Positions 61,471 through 64,000 of a DNA stretch of 64,000 nt are shown piece by piece. The position numbers were made by a program, and so were the translations under genes. Each line of letters starts with the position of its first letter. Position 1 is the first letter of the stretch. A model generated the notes under the pieces. It saw only the letters and a list, made by a program, of their open reading frames with translations, was not told the DNA's origin and searched no databases. This DNA is from Alphaproteobacteria bacterium (GTDB lineage Bacteria; Pseudomonadota; Alphaproteobacteria; SP197), in contig OZ245842.1 of NCBI GenBank assembly GCA_965228895.1, forward strand, positions 128,001 through 192,000, read 5' to 3'.

Positions 61471-63756
61471 ATGCCGCTTGATAACGAACTCACCCCGCGC
61501 CGATCATTCGACAAGGTTGGCACCCGTCCTCTGCGCCCTGACGGCGTCGATAAGGTCACCGGCCGTGCCCGTTATGGCGCCGATGTCGCCGATGCCAACA
61601 TGCTGGTCGGTATGGTCCTGCGCAGCCCGCATGCGCACGCCCGTATCGTCTCGATCAACACCAAGAAGGCAAAGAAGTTGGCGGGTGTGAAAGCGGTGGT
61701 TACCCGAGACGATTTCCCGCACCTGAAAGGCGATCAGACGATCAAGGGCGAGGAAGAGGAGAACATGTGGGACGTCGCGCAGAACGTCATGGCGCGCGAC
61801 AAGGTGCTCTACGAAGGCCACGCGGTTGCCGCCGTGGCCGCGACCAGCAAGGCGGCCGCCCGCGAGGCGCTGCGGCTGATCAAGGTCAAGTACGAGATCC
61901 TGCCGCACGTCACCGATGTCGACGCTGCGATGCAGGCTGACGCCCCGCTGCTGCATGACGATATGTTCACCGCCGGCATGGAGCCTGCGCCCAAGAAACC
62001 CTCCAACATCGCCGAGTACTCCGAGATCGCCATGGGCGATGTCGAAAAGGGTTTCGCCGAGGCCGATGTGGTCATCGAACGCTCGTTCCGCACCGAAGCC
62101 GCCCATCAAGGCTATATCGAGCCCCATGCCTGTTTCGCCTCGGTCTCCGAGGACGGTTTGGCCGAGCTTTGGTGCTGCACCCAGGGCCACTACACCGTGC
62201 GCGCCATGTGCGCGGCGATCCTGGGCTGGGATCTCGCCAGCCTGCGCGTGACCTCGTCGGAGATTGGCGGCGGTTTCGGTGGCAAGACAACGGTGTTCCT
62301 GGAGCCGGTCGCGCTGGCGCTGGCCAAGAAGGCGCATCGTCCGGTCAAGATGGTGATGAGCCGTGACGAGGTGCTGCGCGCGTCGGGCCCGACGTCCAGC
62401 ACCAGCATGACCATGAAAATCGGCGTCACCCGCGACGGCCGTATCACGGCGGGTGAGGGTGTCTACAAGTTCCAGGGCGGCGCCTTCGCCGGTTCGCCGG
62501 TGCCTTATGGCGCGGCCTGCGCCTTCGCGCCTTATGACACACCCAACGTTATGCTGCGCTGCTACGACGTTGTTACCAACCGGCCCAAGCAGGCGGCCTA
62601 CCGCGCACCGGGCGCGCCCATGGCGGCCCTGCCGGTCGAGGCGCTGCTGGATGAACTGGCCGAGGCGATCGGCATGAATCCGATCGAGCTGAGGCGCAAG
62701 AACGCGGTGAAGGAAGGTTCGTCATCGGCCTATGGACCGACCTTCGGGCCGATCGGCATGATTGAGAGCCTCGACGCGGTCCAGAACCATGAGGCGCTGA
62801 AGACGCCGCTGAAGGCCAATCAGGGGCGCGGCATCGCGTCCGGTTTCTGGCCCAACTATGGCGGCCAGACCTGCGTCACCCTCAACATCAATACCGACGG
62901 TACCGCGCTGTTGTCCCTGGGCACGCCAGACATCGGCGGCAGCCGCGCCTCCATGTGCCTGATGGCCGCCGAAGAACTCGGCGTCGCTTATGAGAACATC
63001 AAGGCGATCATCGCCGACACCAGCGCGCTCGGGCACAACGACACCACGGGCGGCAGCCGCGTGACCCATTCGGCCGGTATGGCGACGATCGACGCCGCCC
63101 AGGACGCCATCGCCAAGATGCGCGAGCGCGCCGCCCAGATCTGGGGCATCGATGCCGACGCGGTCGTCTGGCGCGACGGCGCGGCCCATCCCTCCGGCCA
63201 CAACGCCGGCGATTTCGAGCCGATGAGCCTGGCCGAACTCGCCGCCATGGCGCCCCAGACCGGCGGCCCGATCGCCGGTCACGCGGAGATCAACGCCGAG
63301 GGCGCGGGCAACAGCTTCAGCACCCATTTGGTCGATGTCGAGGTCGACCCGGAAACCGGCCACGTAACGATCCTGCGCTATCTGGTGGTGCAGGACGCCG
63401 GCAAGGCGATCCATCCGGACTATGTGGAAGGCCAGTATCAGGGCGGCGCGGTCCAGGGCATCGGTTGGGCGCTCAACGAAGAGTACGTCTATGGTGAGGA
63501 CGGGCGGCTACAGAACCCGAGCTTCCTGGACTACCGCATTCCCGTCTGCTCGGACGTGCCGATGATCGACACGGTGATCGTCGAGGTGCCGAACCCCGGT
63601 CATCCCTACGGCGTGCGCGGTGTCGGCGAGACGCCGATCGTGCCACCGCTTGCCGCCGTCACCAACGCGGTGTCGCGGGCGATCGGCGAGCGCCTGAGCG
63701 ATATCCCGATGTCGCCGCCCAAGATCCTGGCCGCGATCGAGGCGGCCAAGGGCTAA
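61471..63756 (+). CDS. Xanthine dehydrogenase family molybdopterin-binding large subunit
   Basis: KVTG.A.Y, LRSPHAHA, YIEPH, GGGFGGK, AYRAPG, GQYQGG..QGIG, RGVGE; AAGGAG RBS. Confidence 0.94.
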   Translation: MPLDNELTPRRSFDKVGTRPLRPDGVDKVTGRARYGADVADANMLVGMVLRSPHAHARIVSINTKKAKKLAGVKAVVTRDDFPHLKGDQTIKGEEEENMWDVAQNVMARDKVLYEGHAVAAVAATSKAAAREALRLIKVKYEILPHVTDVDAAMQADAPLLHDDMFTAGMEPAPKKPSNIAEYSEIAMGDVEKGFAEADVVIERSFRTEAAHQGYIEPHACFASVSEDGLAELWCCTQGHYTVRAMCAAILGWDLASLRVTSSEIGGGFGGKTTVFLEPVALALAKKAHRPVKMVMSRDEVLRASGPTSSTSMTMKIGVTRDGRITAGEGVYKFQGGAFAGSPVPYGAACAFAPYDTPNVMLRCYDVVTNRPKQAAYRAPGAPMAALPVEALLDELAEAIGMNPIELRRKNAVKEGSSSAYGPTFGPIGMIESLDAVQNHEALKTPLKANQGRGIASGFWPNYGGQTCVTLNINTDGTALLSLGTPDIGGSRASMCLMAAEELGVAYENIKAIIADTSALGHNDTTGGSRVTHSAGMATIDAAQDAIAKMRERAAQIWGIDADAVVWRDGAAHPSGHNAGDFEPMSLAELAAMAPQTGGPIAGHAEINAEGAGNSFSTHLVDVEVDPETGHVTILRYLVVQDAGKAIHPDYVEGQYQGGAVQGIGWALNEEYVYGEDGRLQNPSFLDYRIPVCSDVPMIDTVIVEVPNPGHPYGVRGVGETPIVPPLAAVTNAVSRAIGERLSDIPMSPPKILAAIEAAKG

Positions 63757-63760
63757 GACC

Positions 63761-64000
63761 TTGGTCGAGGTCCGGCTCGGCGCGACGCTGCGGTCGAAGG
63801 CCGGCGGCCGCGCCTCATTCGAGGTCGAAGCCGGCACCATCATGCAGGTATTGCGCGAGCTCGGCGAACGCTACCCCGAGCTCCAGCCGATCCTGGACAA
63901 GGGCGTCGCCGTTGCCATCGACGGCCAGCTCTACCGCAACGCCCAACTGCAACAGGTGCCCGAAGGCGCAGAGGTCTATTTGATGCCCCGCGTGGCGGGG
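63761..64000 (+). CDS. MoaD/ThiS ubiquitin-like sulfur carrier (runs off the window edge)
   Basis: Manual translation from TTG 63761: MVEVRLGATLRSKAGGRASFEVEAGTI...VAVAIDG...EVYLMPRVAG; the expected terminal GG would complete just beyond the edge. Confidence 0.85.
   Translation, partial: MVEVRLGATLRSKAGGRASFEVEAGTIMQVLRELGERYPELQPILDKGVAVAIDGQLYRNAQLQQVPEGAEVYLMPRVAG

Noticed and set aside
61471-63756. Aerobic CO dehydrogenase CoxL
   Set aside because: Active-site loop is AYRAPG, lacking the Cu-binding Cys of AYRCSFR

Overview
GC-rich alphaproteobacterial chromosomal segment (gene order resembles Rhodospirillales/Caulobacterales/Rhizobiales). It is mostly conserved backbone: aa3 cytochrome c oxidase operon (coxA-ctaB-coxF-like-ctaG-coxC-DUF983-surf1) followed by carboxypeptidase, thrC, M16 peptidase and a RimJ-like GNAT; rnhA-thrB-ispH; a tandem glycine riboswitch with gcvT-H-PA-PB; the ATP synthase F0 operon; smc-dsbA-DUF721-mutY/rnhB; PA0069 radical SAM with a LexA box; moaB-slt-UDG-ETF-QO-TPR-ispE; tRNA-Gln(TTG). 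Accessory blocks sit at about 32.5-41.1 kb, 43.6-47.8 kb and 57.4-61.4 kb. Most notable: (1) a ~2.9 kb CTAG-bounded IS5-derived element with an internally deleted transposase, carrying tauD-like, cupin and lysR genes that are bracketed by palindromic cassette-like sites; (2) no ccrM between mutY and rnhB, where a 24-bp perfect palindrome flanked by a 16-bp direct repeat lies instead; (3) a stand-alone HisA paralogue with altered catalytic residues; (4) a SelA/DgaE-like PLP enzyme plus flavin amine oxidase facing an amidohydrolase plus methyltransferase; (5) three ~62-65 bp palindromic repeats in divergent promoter regions; (6) a low-GC carbohydrate-sulfotransferase-like gene with an upstream inverted repeat. 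No CRISPR array, rRNA or prophage was seen. Family assignments come from motif recognition by eye; no database searches were run.
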